Assembly (NCBI RefSeq): GCF_963921235.1
Contig: NC_086097.1
Span: 148,740,001-148,804,000 of the forward strand
DNA from: Mobula hypostoma
Taxonomy: Eukaryota
Length of the DNA: 64,000 bases
Direction: 5' to 3'
In this document: one piece after another, positions 62,562 to 64,000 of the stretch
Layout: each line of letters begins with the position of its first letter
Position numbering within the stretch: position 1 is the first letter of the stretch
Program-made: the position numbers and the translations under genes
The notes under the pieces: generated by a model
Databases searched by the model: none
What the model was told of the DNA's origin: nothing
What the model saw: the letters and a program-made list of their open reading frames with translations, nothing else

Positions 62562-64000
62562 AATTCCCTCTGTTCTGAGCCTGGCCCTCTGGTCCACAAT
62601 TCCCCTACTATGACTGTGGAAAACATTCTGTCCATATCCACTCTATCTAGGGCCTAGGCTTTTCAATATTCAACATGTTTCAAAGAGGTCCACCCTAGTT
62701 CTTCTGAACTCCATTGAGTACAGTCCCAAAGCCATCAAACGCTCCTCATATATTAACTCTTTCATTCCCAGAATCATTCTAGTGAACCTCCTCTGGATCC
62801 TCTCCAATGTCAGCACATTTTCTTAGATAAGGGGCCCAAAGCTGCTCACAATACCTCAAGTGCAGTCTGAGCTAAGCCTTATAATGTCTCAGATTTATAC
62901 GAATAACGTTCTACTAGAATCGGTGCAGGGCTCTCTATTGTTTGTATTATACGGTATATCAATTATTTGGATGTAAATGTAGGTGGTCTGATTATTAAGT
63001 TTGCAGATAACACACATATTGTCAGAATTGTGGATGATCAGAGAGATTGTTGAAGTATACAACAGGATATAATTCAGATGGAAATTTGAATGGAGACATG
63101 ACAGATGTTGTTTTATGATATCATTGCAGGCCAAAGGCTTGTTCTTGTTCTTATTTTGTATGTTAGCTTAGATTTTAAAAATACAAACTTCAAACTCAAA
63201 TGCACATTTATCAGTCACTAAGAAACAAGGGGCAGAAGGTACACAGTTTGTTTGCCTTCATTGGTCAGGGCGTTAAGTATAACAATAGACAAGACATGAT
63301 GCAGTTGTATAAAACTTTGGTTAGACCATACTTGGAGTATTATCTTCAGTTCTGGTTTTCACACTATAGGAAGAATGTGGTTTTAAAGAGCTGCAGAAGC
63401 AGTTCACCAGGATATTGTCTGGATGGGAGTGTATTGGCTCAAAGGAGAGATCGGATGAACTTGGATTGTTTTCACTGGCACATCAGAGGCTGAATAGTGA
63501 CCTGAGAGATGTATACAAAATTATGAGAAGCATACTGTAGATAGAGTAAATAGAGTCTTTGTCCCAGATGGAAATGTCAAATACTAGAGGATGTACTGTA
63601 GATTTAAGATGAGAGGGTAAAAGTTTAAAGGAGATATGCGAGGCAAGTGTTTTCACTCCAAGAGTGATAGGTGCATGGAATATGTTACCAGTGGAAGTGG
63701 CAGAAACAGATATGATAGTAAAGCTTAGGAGGGTTTTAACTGAAAAGAATATAGAGAACTGCAAGGAATAGAGGGATTTCAGAACACGAGCTGACAAATG
63801 GGATTAGTTTGGATTGTCATCATGTTTGCTGCAAACATGGTGGGCTGAACGGACTGTGCCTGAACTGAACTGTTCTGTGTTAACTTTGATTTAAAGGTAC
63901 AAACTTTAATGAGTAGTCATCAGTCACAAAAAAACAAGGAGCATAATCCATGACAGATTGCTAATTAAATGTGAATTAAAGGGTCCTCACTTTCTATCGA

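Larger units (their letters stand above)
60033..62895 (-). mobile_element. CR1 3' fragment (parts 60033-60262 and ~62562-62895) split by a younger CR1
   Basis: Minus strand RRNLFSQWVVYLWNSLPQ plus tail at 60033-60050; homology resumes after 62561. Confidence 0.75.
57170..63880 (+). mobile_element. old, long CR1 LINE (ORF1 to 3' end) broken by several nested insertions
   Basis: ORF1-like region homologous to 35450-36230 at 57190-58030; RT pieces at 59530-60030 (SQCGFVQGRSFLTN, YMDFSK) and 62900-63880 (KFADNT, LVRPYLEYYLQFW). Confidence 0.75.

Noticed and set aside
1..64000. Prokaryotic-style systems (CRISPR array, operons, retrons, defence islands)
   Set aside because: The sequence is vertebrate repeat-rich DNA with no regularly spaced repeat-spacer array and no gene-dense operon structure.

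Overview
Eukaryotic (vertebrate) non-genic or intronic DNA, roughly three-quarters transposable elements by eye. The repeat mix (CR1/HER1-type LINEs, Rex1/Babar LINEs, V-SINE and DeuSINE fragments, very abundant Penelope-like ends) points to a cartilaginous fish, probably a ray; this is inference. No host protein-coding gene, rRNA, tRNA or CRISPR array can be supported, and most ORF-track entries are TE fragments or chance ORFs. Best-preserved feature: a full-length young L1 (48325-54152, 17-bp TSD, intact ORF1, ORF2 broken by one TGG>TAG stop). Also present: a decayed R4/Dong LINE, a HERO fragment, Tc1, Chapaev3-like, Tigger-like, hAT and mariner-MITE DNA transposons, three solo LTRs with TSDs, and nests up to five levels deep. 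The most interesting signal is about 18 copies of a Penelope-like terminal module carrying a minimal type-I hammerhead ribozyme. Several copies form fold-back insertions with 14-bp TSDs, two of which pivot inside ribozyme stem II. There is also a near-perfect 280-bp local inverted duplication, a hAT family carrying LINE cargo, and a few TE-free islands that may be enhancers or exons. I found no convincing, wholly new biological system: most items are instances or variants of known TE biology. Boundaries of old decayed elements are approximate (tens of bp).
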